From NCBI RefSeq assembly GCF_006345805.1, contig NC_043019.1:23187360-23251359 (forward strand): DNA of 64,000 nt, read 5' to 3'. Below are positions 1 to 13,299 of the stretch, piece after piece. This DNA is from Octopus sinensis. Its lineage: Eukaryota. The position numbers and the translations under genes are program-made. Under the pieces are notes generated by a model. That model made no database searches and had not been told where the DNA came from. It saw only the letters and a program-made list of their open reading frames with translations. Numbering within the stretch: the first letter of the stretch is position 1; every line of letters starts with the position of its first letter.

Positions 1-142
1 ATACATACACACACACACATATACATACACACACATACATACACACATACACATACACACATATACATACACACACACATATACATACACACACACATAT
101 ACATACACACACACATATATACACACACACACACACACACAT

Positions 143-177
<35 letters not shown>

Positions 178-295
178 AGCACAGAATAGCAGATGTTAAA
201 GCAATGATGATGATGATGATGATGATACACACACAAAAGAGATAAAAATATAAATTTAGAAATAAAAGGGTACTTTTTTTAATGTAGTTACTTAC

Positions 296-738
296 CGGGT
301 AGTATATTACTTTATTGAAACAGTTCATATTGCTGAAGGGAATGTTTGTGGTGTTTATCCGGCAGCGTCTTCGATCTATGGTGCAAGTCATGGTGAATAA
401 CATTCTTGTATTTTGGGGGTCTTCGTCAAGGCAGCTTGGTGTTTCGCAGAGACAATCCAATGTAATAGAGGAAGTGCAGTTGCAATTGGGTACAAATGTT
501 TCTGCCTTCATTCTGACTTTGCAGCCACTTATTTCTTCATCAGACTTAAAGAACGGAGATTGACAGAAATTCTCTGAACACAAAATGTGTTTCGGGACTT
601 CGAGCAAGCAACTGTAATGCACCTGATGGTCTATATATATGCGGTAAGGTGTTCCTTCTTTAGACAACCAAAATCTCTCTAGCATCAAATCAAAGTCATC
701 AAGGGACACATCAAAATAATTAGGATTAGCCTCAGACA
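296..738 (-). CDS. Patched-related gene exon 13 (SEANPNYFDVSLDDFDLMLERFWLSKEG...NCFNKVIYYP), Cys-rich luminal loop 2
   Basis: Acceptor ttttctatgtcag|TG, donor CCG|GTAAGT, 443 nt with no stop. Ends in YYP, as expected before the YS..F motif. Missing from the ORF track, probably because the frame runs off the window edge. Confidence 0.87.
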
Positions 739-1132
739 CTGACATAGAAAATAAAAAAATACACAAAAATAAAATATATTTAACATTATAGTCGATTTGG
801 ATATAATCATAATTGTTAAGTTCTATGTCTCTAGTTTGATAATAGAGTTTATTATAAGTAAAATTATTATATTATATATATTATTTATATCTTAAAAATA
901 TTGTTTAAATATTTCTGATTATATTTTAGATATTTAAATCACCTGAAGAATGACTGTAACTCGAAATTTTAAGAATTGGACAGCCATGAAATGATCGTAG
1001 TGTTATACTAATTACCTTTTTTTAATAATTTTGATATATATAAAATAATATAAATTAATTAATCTTATGTATTGGCTTAAGTCTTTCATTGTATGATTTG
1101 CCTAATAGTGGTTTTATCTCTAATTTAATATA

Positions 1133-1166
<34 letters not shown>

Positions 1167-1439
1167 TTAATCATAGTTTACAAGTGCAGAAGACGATGCT
1201 CTAGTCTAAACTTGCTGTTTCGCGGTACACCCACCCCTCCACCTTAACCGGAAGTTACTAATCTATGTCTTCCTTGTGTACCTCCCGCAAACACTTCTAA
1301 GGGCCAAATGCCACCCACACCCCTACGTAGGGTTTATTTGATCATATAGCGCAAAAAACGGTGTAGCGTATGTAGGCTGTAGTCTAGTGTTTCTTTATGA
1401 ATTCTGCCAAATGCAAGCTTTCTTTTCAGGTACATGACA

Positions 1440-1765
1440 CTGCTGTCCCTCATCCCATGGTCTCAGAGGCCCACACCTCCCACACCATCAGAGTTGGCAC
1501 ACTGAAAGGTAGGTCTGGTGAGATTGTTGGGATGCTTGAACGGAGATGTGTAGATTTGTGCAGCATCCAAGAAGTAAGGTGGAGAGGAGGTTCCGCTAGA
1601 TTCCTCACAGGCAAAGAACACAGGTACAAGATTTTCTGGGCAGGGAACACTGATGGGGTCGGGGGCGTGGGTATACTTCTTGTGGAGAAAAGGGTTGATA
1701 AGGTAATTGAGGTAGTCAGAGTATGTGACAGAGTACTTAAGATTAGATTAGTGATTCACCATAGG
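1440..1765 (+). mobile_element. RTE-clade LINE 5' fragment, apurinic endonuclease domain
   Basis: Translation TLKGRSGEIV..LERR.VD.C.IQEVRWRGGSAR..G....IFWAGN..GVGGVGIL is the RTE endonuclease N-terminus. Confidence 0.85.
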
Positions 1766-1846
1766 TCAGCTACAAAAGACGAAGGCAGGTGGAGTACAAA
1801 CAAACAAATGTATTAGTATGGCGCTCAGGAATAGAAATAGAACAAG

Positions 1847-1884
1847 TCTTTTACGTTTCGAGCCTATGCTCTTCAACAGAAAGA
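1847..1884 (-). ncRNA. Minimal type I hammerhead-like motif, atypical core (CUGUUGA)
   Basis: Minus strand: TCTTT-CTGTTGA-A-GAGC(ATAG)GCTC-GAAA-C-GTA^AAAGA. Stem I 5 bp, stem II 4 bp, palindromic ACGT helix III. Confidence 0.55.
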
Positions 1885-2215
1885 TACAGAGAAAAAAACA
1901 AGGAGAGATAAAAATACGTGTAGGAGCTAACGGTCTATCATGGCATATATATATACATATATATGTAAAATTAAGATTCAGTTGAATTAGGTACTTAAAT
2001 TGAGGCAGCAAGCCAATTCAAAACAGTCCATCCAGCTCTGGACATCCTTGTTATTTGCTTTATACATACACACACACACACACACAAATATATATATATA
2101 CACACACATATAAATATATATATATAGTTGAAATTTACAGAAAAACAAAAGGTAAAGACAGGTGTATAAACAACAAGCAGGTGTATTAGTTTGATGCTCA
2201 GGAAGGTGAGAAAGT

Positions 2216-2251
2216 CTTTTACGTTTCGAGCCTACGCTCTTCAACAGAAAG
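2216..2251 (-). ncRNA. Minimal type I hammerhead-like motif, atypical core (CUGUUGA)
   Basis: Minus strand: CTTT-CTGTTGA-A-GAGC(GTAG)GCTC-GAAA-C-GTA^AAAG. Confidence 0.55.
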
Positions 2252-2786
2252 GAACGTGATTTCTTTTACTTGTTTCTGTCATTTGACTGCGGTCATGCTA
2301 GAGCGCTGCCCTTAGTCAAATATAGGTTGTCAAGCGATGGTGGGGCAACAAATACAGACACACAAATACATACACATATATATGATGGGCTTCTTTCAGT
2401 CTCCAACTAGAAAATCCACTCACAAGACTATGGTTGGTTCGAGGCTATCGTAGAAGACAATTGATTAAGGTGCCATGCAGTGGGACTGAAACTGGAACCA
2501 TGTGGTTGGGAAACAAACTTCTTACCAGACAGCCAAACCTGTGCCTGTTAGTTTACCTCCCCATAACTTAGCAGTTCACTAAAGGAGATCAATTGAATAT
2601 TATCTTTGTTCAATTAAAATTCTTCAAGGAAATACCATAGTATGGCTGCTGTCCAATGACTAAAACCAGTAAAAGATAAAATGAAGATTATGATGAAAGG
2701 TAAATTAGAGTCCCACCCTGTAAACCCACCCTGCAATCTGAAGAAAAAAGAAAAAGAAGGAAAAATGTATGTCAAACATGACTTAC

Positions 2787-2933
2787 CAGATACATTGAAA
2801 TTTCGTTCTTGACACCAATGAAGAAATGCTGTCAACCAGTTGGCTGTGTAACCTTTCAATACATAAGGACTCTGAGACAGATCATATGCCATCTTTTGAT
2901 AATCACTTTGATCCACACTATAGGTAAGGTAAG
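2787..2933 (-). CDS. Patched-related gene exon 12 (YLTYSVDQSDYQKMAYDLSQSPYV...WLTAFLHWCQERNFNVS)
   Basis: Acceptor ttttcttgcttcttgcag|CT, donor G|GTAAGT, 147 nt. W...F..W motif of luminal loop 2. Phase 1/1. Confidence 0.88.
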
Positions 2934-3237
2934 CTGCAAGAAGCAAGAAAACAGTTCAAATAATAAAGAAAGAAAGAAAGAAAGAAAAGAGAGAAGGAAA
3001 GGGAGGAAGTATGGAAAGGTCAGGATCACCAATGGTGATCACCAAGCTCTATCAAGAGAGTAACTGCAATGCATCCATTAGGGCGGTATCCAGGTTTGTG
3101 CAATCAGTTAATGAAAGATTCACTAGGACTCAAGCTCCCAATTCAAATTCATAATAATGAAATTGGATGGCGACAGAGAGCCATGGGAATTTGCAAAAGC
3201 AATGAAAAAAAAATTTATATATATAAAGTATATATAT

Positions 3238-4110
<873 letters not shown>

Positions 4111-5011
4111 ACAATAACCATGCCCAAAGAATTCTTTTTTTTCCTGTTTTGAACTCCTTTGATACAAACCTACCTAAGGCTGCTTCTAGTTCTAGATACA
4201 GACTTCCTGGGTTGAAGATGTAAATTAAACCTTCCATCAAAATTTCATGTTAATTCATGTCCCACCCTTTAATGCCAAAAATATTTGACTAAATTCTTCA
4301 TTATTTTCAAAATTATAGAAACAAAGGCAGTATATTTGAGCAGGATCATCATCGTTATCCTTTAACATCTGTTTCCAAGCTGGGATGGGTTGGACAGTTT
4401 GACCAGAGTTGGTAAGCTAGAGGGTTGCACCAGGTTCCAGTCTGATTAAGTTTAGTTTCTAAAACGGGATGCCCTTCCTTAATGTTAACCAATTTAAGGT
4501 GTATACTGCGTACTTGTAAAATGACACTAGCATGAGTGCTTTTACATGGCACTGATGTGAGTGCTTTTCATATGGTAGTGGTACAGGACTCTGGTAGGCC
4601 AATCCTCTTCATCAGAAGGAGTGGCCTTAACACTTCTGCTGTAGAGGACGGGTCTTCTTGAGTACAAGAAGACACCAGATATTTCAGTCCTTTGTCATCT
4701 CATTCTGAAAGATTCAGCATCTTGAGGTTGTCCTTTAGTACCTCATCCCATGTCTTCCTGGATTTCCCTCTTCCACGAGTTTCATTCACATTGAGAGATC
4801 AGCACTTCATAATGGAACTGTCAGCAGGTAATAAAAGCATTAAAGTGATCTAAATTAACTTTCTATAAGCAATTGTCATCTCCTTTGACTGCAAAGGGAT
4901 ACATAAAAGAATCCTAAAATTTCCAGCTTGACCCAGGGTTGAACACAAAAAGAGCAATGTTGGGTCAGCAAAGGACTTTAAGATTAAATAAAATAATGAA
5001 AAGTGACTTAC

Positions 5012-5186
5012 TACAGTAAACATCAACTTTATTTGTTGAGAAATATTTTTCATCGATCACAAAGTAACGATAGTATGGAGTATTAGTCGCATACATGACG
5101 CGTTGCCAGCTGGTGTCTGTCTCTAGTTTCGATACATTCCAAGCGCAGACGGCCAGTATCAGAAATGTCAAAATAATAACAAAAAT
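5012..5186 (-). CDS. Patched-related gene exon 11 (IFVIILTFLILAVCAWNVSKLETD...DEKYFSTNKVDVYC; TM7)
   Basis: Acceptor tgcatttttag|ATT, donor A|GTAAGT, 175 nt. Confidence 0.92.
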
Positions 5187-5457
5187 CTAAAAATGCAAAT
5201 GGGTGGAGAAAAGATATAGAGAATCAATTAAGAAACAACAAAAGACACATACACACACACATGTGCACATACACACATATGTGTATATAATAAGCATGGG
5301 CATGGCTGTGGGGTTAAGAAGCATGCTTCCAACTATGTGACCTCAGGTTCAGTCCCACTGTGTGGCACCTTGGGTGTCTTATGATATAGCTCCAGACTGA
5401 CAAAAGCTTTGAGGGAATTTGGTTGCGAGAAACTAAAAGAAACTTGTCATATGCATA

Positions 5458-5521
<64 letters not shown>

Positions 5522-7352
5522 ACACACACACACACATCCTTGTCTTCACATCATGTAATGGCAATAAACAAGCATTCTCATACAAATAATATTCTCGGTT
5601 TCCAGTCTTTGATGAAAACATGTCTAACCATGAAGAAATGTTACCTAGCTTAGAAAGTTGTGAAGGTTGGCAACAGGAAAGGCATCTGGCCATAAAAAAC
5701 AAATCTGCTTCAATGAATTACATCTGATGTATGCAAGCATAGAAAAGTGGATGCTAAAATAATGATGGTGATGTATATATTAGTGACAGAGGCAGAGTGT
5801 CCATCACTGACAAGACCAAGGAAGGTCAAAATCATGTGATCTGGTGGTCTCAGTGCTGGAGGTGGCAGGGATTTATCTCATGGCATCTACCACAGTATAG
5901 TTTGTCCTAACAAAACAACCACATTTAAGTCAGGATAAATATTACCTTATGGCATTAATACCGCCTCTGTAGCTAATATACATTTTTTAATGAGCTCACT
6001 GGCCGATCACAAGACCAGTGCCTGTTCCTGCACTGTCAATCTATATGTCACTGGGAAGGAGGTGAGTTGCTGCTGTCTCTAGCAGTTGAACATCCATCAC
6101 TGATAAGACTAAGGAAAGTCGAAATCACATGATCTGGTGGTCTCAGTGCTGGAGGTTGCAGGGATTTATCTCCTTGCGAGCAACATAACAAGAGTGTATT
6201 TTGCACCAAAAGCCAATATGAGAGTTTCTCTCATGATATCTACCACAGTATAGTTTGTTCTAACAGAACATCCACGTTTTTGTGGGGATAAATGGTGATG
6301 ATATATGTAAATCATCATCAATGATTTAACACCCACTTTTCCATGCTTGTAAAGGTTGGACAGAATTTATCGAGGCAGATTTAGTACGTCTTGAAACACT
6401 TCCTGTCACTAATACTCACCTGTTTCCAAGCAAGGTAACATTTCCCTATAACCAAATGTTTTAATAGAAGATGCACATATAGAAGAGCATACATGGATGT
6501 AGTCCCACATCTTAAAAGACAAGATGGTCACAGTTAGAATGCCTTTGATCATAGGTATGTTCCCCAGGTCAAGGTTTGATTGGGGTGGATTTTAAAAAAG
6601 CAGCAAGAACAACAGGTGAATTCGGTAAATGAAAATTATGCGGAAGTCCATCATATACACAGCAGTCCCTCTATCATACTTTGTCCTCCCAACCTCCCTC
6701 TCTACTAGAACCCTATGCAGTAAGGGTATATTCTTTGTTTTGCAAGTTACTTGGTAACCTCACTGGTGCTGGTGCCAGAAAAAAAGCACAGAATACATTG
6801 TACATTATGTAAAGGAGATGACATTTAGAGTGGCATCCAGCTGTAGAAACCATGCGAAAAACCTGCATGGAAGTCAATGCAGTCCTACAGTTTGCTGGAT
6901 CTTGTCAAACCATCCAACCCATGCTAGCATGGAAGACAGACGTTGAATGATGATGAGATGACAAGGGACCGAGACTTGTGGCAATTCGCTGTACTTGAGA
7001 AGACATGTCAAGCTAAGTTAAATCATGACCATACACACATACAAGTATGCCCTTTATGGCCATAGCCCTCATTCACTCTCCCAGCTGTCTTTGTCTTGTA
7101 GGTGCCAGTGCCACATAAAATGCATTTGTGCTGGTGTTGTGTAAAATGCACTCATGCTTGTGCCATATAAAGGCACATATATCAGTAACATGTAAAAAGC
7201 ACCCAGCACATTCTGTAAAGTGGTTGGCATTAGGAAGGGCATTGAGATGTAGAAACCATACCAAACCAGACAAACTCTTTAAGGTGATGTCCCAATATGG
7301 TCACAGTCCAATAACTGAAACAAATAAAAGATAAAATAAAAGATACACTTAC

Positions 7353-7601
7353 CTTAACAGGTTTTTTACTAAGATAATTCTTTGCAGCCTTGTAGAAAAT
7401 TATTTTCAGTATTTCCTTCTCACTCCATTTATTTGGTGTGTAGTCAGTGTGTTTGTAGCAGCAGAACAACCCATCTCGGTGGTCTAAAACTCGCCGTAAA
7501 TCAAGAGACATGCAACTTGCAAAGAATGTAATTTGCATTATATAGATGCTCAGAATTCCAATGCAGTTGTAAAGGCAAAATGTCCGTAGACCTGGAAATG
7601 C
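7353..7601 (-). CDS. Patched-related gene exon 10 (AFPGLRTFCLYNCIGILSIYIMQITFFASCMSLDLRR...KKPVK; TM6)
   Basis: Acceptor tttcttgttctag|GCA, donor AAG|GTAAGT, 249 nt (83 codons). Confidence 0.94.
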
Positions 7602-8556
7602 CTAGAACAAGAAACATGGACAAAAAAATTTGCATGTTAGTATATATTGGAATATAAACTGAATTAAATAAATAAATTATTATCCCTTTTGGTACCAGTG
7701 ACAGATAAAAGGCACCCGTGCCAGTGATACATAAAAGGCACCCATGCTGGTGACATGTAAAAGGCACATGTGCCAGTGACACAGAAAAGGCACTTGTGCC
7801 GGTGATATGAAAAAGGCATCTGTGGAATGGTTGGCATTAGGGAAGACATCCAGCTTTAGAAACCAAATGAAAACAGACTGGAGCTTGCTGCAGTGCTCTG
7901 GCTTACCAGTTCCATGCTGGCATGGGCTGGATGGTGCAACAAGTGCTGGCTATCCAGAGGACTGAGCCATGCTCTACCGTTTGGTTTGTCATGGTTTCTA
8001 CAACTGGATGCATTTTCCTAACACCAGTAAAAATTACTGTCTTGTCTTGTAATGGCATTCACCTGGGAAGGGTTAAGCCAGCTCCTATTGAGTTCACCAC
8101 GTAAAAGATCCATGCACATCTGTTGGTGGATGATTCTGTAGCGTGTTAAAGCCATTCCTGGTTCCAGCAACGAACACCAAAGACTTGAGGGCCAGAAACA
8201 AACTCCATATCCACCTTGACTGACGTCTTCAGTTGACCATCTCTCCACTTCTTACACCATCCTAGGGGAGGATCTGGTACTATTGCTTTCTGGACGACCT
8301 CGTCATGGGGGGGTATCACAATGTGTGATCAAACCACCATAGTCTCCTCATAGTGTAGTGGGTGCTTTTTACATGGTACCAGTACCAATGAGGCCACTGA
8401 GTAGCTTGCAAGACAAAGGCCCCCCCCCCCATCTGAGAAGGGGAAGATTGTTATACCCGGGAATTCCCCTTCCCCTACCTACTCTCCTTCGTTCAAGTGT
8501 TTTCTGTAGATGTTAATAATTTGCTCACCTGGAGCTAAATAACAACAACAACCTAC

Positions 8557-8729
8557 CGAAGTGGCTCCAATTGCAAAAGCAGTAATGTCACTCAATGTTG
8601 TGATAGTGATTGATACGCCTGCATGCTTCATAATGAGACCGATTTGTTCAGGTACAGGACGCTCTTTTTCCAATTTCGAGAGGTTGTTTAGTGCTCCAAG
8701 AATCACAAACATGTCATCTATACCAATTC
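8557..8729 (-). CDS. Patched-related gene exon 9 (GIGIDDMFVIL...KHAGVSITITTLSDITAFAIGATS; TM4-TM5)
   Basis: Acceptor tactgtttcag|GA, donor TCG|GTAGGT, 173 nt. Canonical SSD GxGxDD motif. Confidence 0.96.
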
Positions 8730-9668
8730 CTGAAACAGTAAAAGGAAGATAAATAAATAACAGTGGAGGCACATGGCTTGGTGGTTAGTGCATTGGACTC
8801 GTGATCATAAGATTGTGGTTTCGATTCCTAGACTGGGCAATGTGTTGTGTTCTTGAGCAAAATGCTTCATTTCATGTTGCTTCAGTCCACTCAGCTGGTA
8901 AAAATGAGTAATCCTGTGACAGAAAAGCATCCTGTCCAGGAACCAGGATTTATGATTCTTACAGATTAATGTGGACTAATCAAATAAATAATTAAGAAAA
9001 GTACAATCATCCACCAATAATCCTTAAAAAATTCTTAACAAAATTACTAAACAGATGTACAATTTTATACTGTAAATGTGGCTTAGTAATATTATTAATA
9101 TTGCAATTAGCATTTAAACAACATAGAGGATTATACCATATACTACTGAAATAGTCATTTAAACTATAGAGAGGATTATACCAGATGATATTTTGTCTCC
9201 AATTGTTGCGTCTATGAATATTAGTGTGGCCTTTATGCAATGAATCTTATCTTTGAACCCACTATTTTTTAAAAGAATTGTTGTAATAATGAACAACATG
9301 GGTAAAATCCTCTCATATGATAAGCTGTATATGCACTTAATAAACTTATTAACCAAGTTTTCAAAGTTTACTGGAGGATGGTTAAAATATGTTAAGATAC
9401 TGCAAATCTTTGTTAGGTTTACTATAAGAATGGTATTTAGCAAAGCCTAAAATCTAGAGACATATATAATAAATTAACTATGCTTGGATTCAGTAATTTT
9501 TAAACCAAACTCTTTGTATATATTGATATCTTCTTCTTAACATCTTTCATTGTATAGCCAGTCATACATCACAAAATATGAGAAATCCATAACAACAAAG
9601 ATTGAATTTCACACACACACGTGTGTGTGTGTGTATGTGCATGTGTGTATATATGTAGGAAGGTGGAG

Positions 9669-10039
9669 GCCCAGTGGTTAGGGCAGCGGACTCGCGGTCA
9701 TACGATCGCGGTTTCGATTCCCAGACCGGGCGTTGTGAGTGTTTATTGAGCGAAAACACCTAAAGCTCCATGAGGCTCCGGCAGGGGATGGTGGTGATCC
9801 CTGCTGTACTCTTTCACCACAACTTTCTCTCACTCTTACTTCCTGTTTCTGTTGTACCTGTATTTCAAGGGGCCGGCCTTGTCACTCTCTGTGTCACGCT
9901 GAATATCCCCGAGAACTACGTTAAGGGTGCACGTGTCTGTGGAGTGCTCAGCCACTTACACGTTAATTTCATGAGCAGGCTGTTCTGTTGATTTGGATCA
10001 ACCGGAACCCTCATCGTCGTAACCGACGGAGTGCTTCCA
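9669..10039 (+). mobile_element. tRNA-derived SINE (OR-type), tail type A
   Basis: A/B-box head gcccagtggttagggcagc...ggtttcgattccc; body shared with copies at 12538, 26353, 35590 and 63944. Confidence 0.85.
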
Positions 10040-10369
10040 ATCCATATGTAGGAAGGTACAGGCATGGCAGTGTGGTTAAGAAGCTCACTTCGCAACCATG
10101 TGGTTTCAGGTTCAGTCAACTGTGTATGTGTCTATATACATAGGTCTGTTCAATCAGAGATAATTGAGGACTAATTAACAAATGCACACCTGCACATTTT
10201 AATTAGAACTCCCTCCCATTCAGCTCTGATCGAACAGACTTATGATCAACAACATTCACATCTACGATCATTCAATTTCATTTAGACTTGCCTTCAGAAT
10301 TACCTGAAGTTGTCTTAGAGTTGATGGCCAAAACCAAAATTGAAGAAGGGTTAGTGAGAGAGGACTTAC

Positions 10370-10493
10370 CAAGTAGCAGGAGGGCTAAAACCCTATTTAA
10401 TGCTCCGTAAGTGATGTTGAATATACCACCAAGTCCAAGAGTAACAAAGTAACCAATTGCAACACACATGATGCCGACAAAAGCCAAACCTAA
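10370..10493 (-). CDS. Patched-related gene exon 8 (LGLAFVGIMCVAIGYFVTLGLGGIF...VLALLLL-G; TM3-TM4)
   Basis: Acceptor tgctttattccag|TTA, donor G|GTAAGT, 124 nt. Confidence 0.93.
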
Positions 10494-11462
10494 CTGGAAT
10501 AAAGCACAAACAACGGTTGATAAATAATTGGTTTTCAGGTTGATTTTTGTTTTAAGATTCTAGTGGTGTGTGTGTGTGTGTGTGTGTAAGGGTGGTATGG
10601 TGGAGATGAAAATGAAGAACCAATAGAAGATAGAATAATTAAGGGAGGAGAGAGAGAGAGAGAGCCTTCGTGTGAACATTTGACCTTTTAGATATAACAG
10701 CCTAATAACTCACAAATCACATTCACTGGAAGGACACACTGAATCAGCATTTCCCAACTATGGCTGTCAAAAACCCCGAGGGTCCACAAGAGGTTTCAAA
10801 GCACTTCTGCAAGATATTGCGATATATTGTTTAATGGTATGTAAATGATTCCTTGAATCATTTTGGCATTTAATTCTATATTGGAAATCTTTCTTTCCCT
10901 CTCTCTCTCTTTCTCTCTCAGGGTTTCTCCCCCACTAAATCTCTCACTCCCTTCCTTTCCCTTCCCCTTATGTTTTCATTTTTCTTTTACTTTACTGTAT
11001 ATATATATATATTACCTGTGCCGGGGACACATAAAAAGCACCATCCGAACGTGACCGTTGCCAGTGCAGCCTCCACTGGCTTCTGTGCCGGTGGCACCAT
11101 CCAAACGTGACCGATGCCAACCCTGCCTTGAATGGCTTCTGTGCCGGTGGCACATGAACATCGAACCAAATATCAATGGAAACAGTAGCTGTGATACCTG
11201 TGATACCTTCTTAGCACACAGCCGCACCTAAATATATTTGAACAAAGGCTTCTGTGATGTTTGCTCTGTGCTGAGTTGCAGGGGATCCATTTGAAACCCT
11301 CACCACCATAAATAAATCCAGTGTATCCACAACCAATTTCACTGCCACTGTTGTGGCACTGTTTTGTTGATTGTGAAGACAGTAAAGAAATAAGGTCAAA
11401 GGTGTCATAAAGGTGTGTATGTATGAGGGGCAGGGGTATAGGATATAAAGGTAGCAACATAC

Positions 11463-11583
11463 CTTTTGCTCAACGAGGTTACATTTGCCAAGACAGATTA
11501 TGATGTAAACGCCCATAATACTGTAGCCAATAAACACCAGCAGGGCATCTTCTTCAAATCCAGTACCATATTGGGTGAAATCA
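11463..11583 (-). CDS. Patched-related gene exon 7 (DFTQYGTGFEEDALLVFIGYSIMGVYIIICLGKCNLVEQK; TM2)
   Basis: Acceptor ttttccctttcag|T, donor AAG|GTATGT, 121 nt. Start of the SSD. Confidence 0.92.
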
Positions 11584-11983
11584 CTGAAAGGGAAAATGGA
11601 ATAACAAACTGGATTATGCAATGTACACTAAACACTAATACAAAAATAAGCAGTGCAGAATGGTAGTATAAAAGGTATCTGATATTCTTGAGAGCAAACA
11701 TGACAGAGAGAAACTGGAGAAGCCTACCATCCACACACACAGGTGTATATACATATATATATGTGTGTGTGTGTATTATATATATATATATATATATATA
11801 CAAAATTAGAAAATGGAGAAACATACTTAAATCAATCAAACATCAACCATCAGATGATACGCAATCAATACTTTATTACACCATTACATAACAGCAAAGG
11901 CATTATACAAAATATATTGTAAATATAATTAGACAAGGAAATAGAAATATAAAATATAAAATATAATATATAATTATATCATA

Positions 11984-12094
11984 TCTGACAGCTGTTTCGG
12001 CAGTAAGGACAAGTATGCCTCATTTAACCTATAAGCCATATAAGGCAGGTATAAATGAGACATTAACAAGGATGTCCCATGACCTCTTCAGAGA
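11984..12094 (-). ncRNA. Type I hammerhead ribozyme motif, canonical core, long helix II
   Basis: TCT-CTGAAGA-GG...(nested GGACA/TGTCC, CTCATTTA/TAAATGAG, ACCT/AGGT, GCC/GGC)...CC-GAAA-CAGCTG-TC^AGA. GUC triplet with predicted cut after 11987. Confidence 0.75.
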
Positions 12095-12491
12095 ATTTAA
12101 TTTATTATAAGTGTGAAAAAAATTTTTTTACATATAAATATAAAAATATAAAATATAAGAACGTGTGCATAGACACTCATAATACTACACATATATATAT
12201 ACTCATTAATACAATAATACAAAATAAACAAAATATATCAATATACATTAACAAACACAGTTATTCTACATATTGGACTTCTAGTTCCAAAACTAACCTA
12301 CAGGAAAATATATGCACACTCATTTAAATTTAAATCAGACATATACATAAAAAATAAAAAAAAACACACAGTTCAGTTCATAAAATTATAACCCTACAAA
12401 AGTCAATAAAAATTACTATTAATATTAATAATAATAATAATAATAATAAATACAACCATGACTGTACCAAGTACATCAATCGGACATCTAC

Positions 12492-12537
<46 letters not shown>

Positions 12538-12539
<2 letters not shown>

Positions 12540-12835
12540 AGGCGCAATGGCCCAGTGGTTAGGGCAGCGGACTCGTGGTCGTAGGATCGCGGTTTCGATT
12601 CCCAGACCTAGCGTTGTGAGTGTTTATTGAGTGAAAACACCTAAAGCTCCACGAGGCTCCAGCAGGGGGTGGTGATCCCTGCTGTACTCTTTCGCCACAA
12701 CTTTCTCTCACTCTTTCTTCTGTTGGCCTGCTTGCTTAGCCCGCGGAGTGGCGTCATTTGAAGGCTAAAACAATGCGAAGCGCATTGTGACCAGCAATGT
12801 GTAGCAACATCTGATAGCTTGGTCGGTCACGGTGA
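12538..12835 (+). mobile_element. tRNA-derived SINE (OR-type), tail type B
   Basis: Same head and body, then tctgttggcctgc...gaaggctaaaacaatgcg...ggtcggtcacg tail. Mirror copy at 35590-35885 (-). Confidence 0.82.
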
Positions 12836-13299
12836 TATATATATATATAGTCAATTCAATGAGCAAAAGATTAAAAAAATGAATAAAAAACAAAACGAGA
12901 AAAAAATTATAAGAGGATAAAACACACACGAGAATGTGCACAAGAATTATATTAGTTTGACGTTTGGTGAAAGGGAAAAGTCCAAAGAAGAAGGAAAATT
13001 GTCAACAACCCTCATCGCCATCATCATCGTTTAATGTCTGTTTTCCATGCTGATATGGTTTGGATGGTTTGACTGAGGTCTGGAGAGCCAGCGGCTGCAC
13101 CAGGCTCCAATCTGATCCGGCAATGTTTCTACAGCTAGATACCCTTCCTAAAGCCAACTACTCTGAGAGTGTAGTGGGTGCTTTTTATGTGCCACCAGCA
13201 CAGGAGCCAGTCACGCAGACCTGGCATCGATCACATTCGGATAGTACTTTTTACATTCCACTGGCACAGGAGCCAGTCACGGGGCACTGGCCACAGCTA

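Noticed and set aside
940-970. Plus-strand CTGAAGA…CGAAA hammerhead look-alike
   Set aside because: No helix II closing pair, no GUH triplet or stem I; at best a dead Penelope remnant.
2917-2933. Alternative acceptor cctatag at exon 12
   Set aside because: Gives phase 2, incompatible with the phase-1 end of exon 11.
9669-9740. tRNA genes at SINE heads
   Set aside because: A/B boxes are present but each continues into a multi-copy SINE body; no complete cloverleaf supported.
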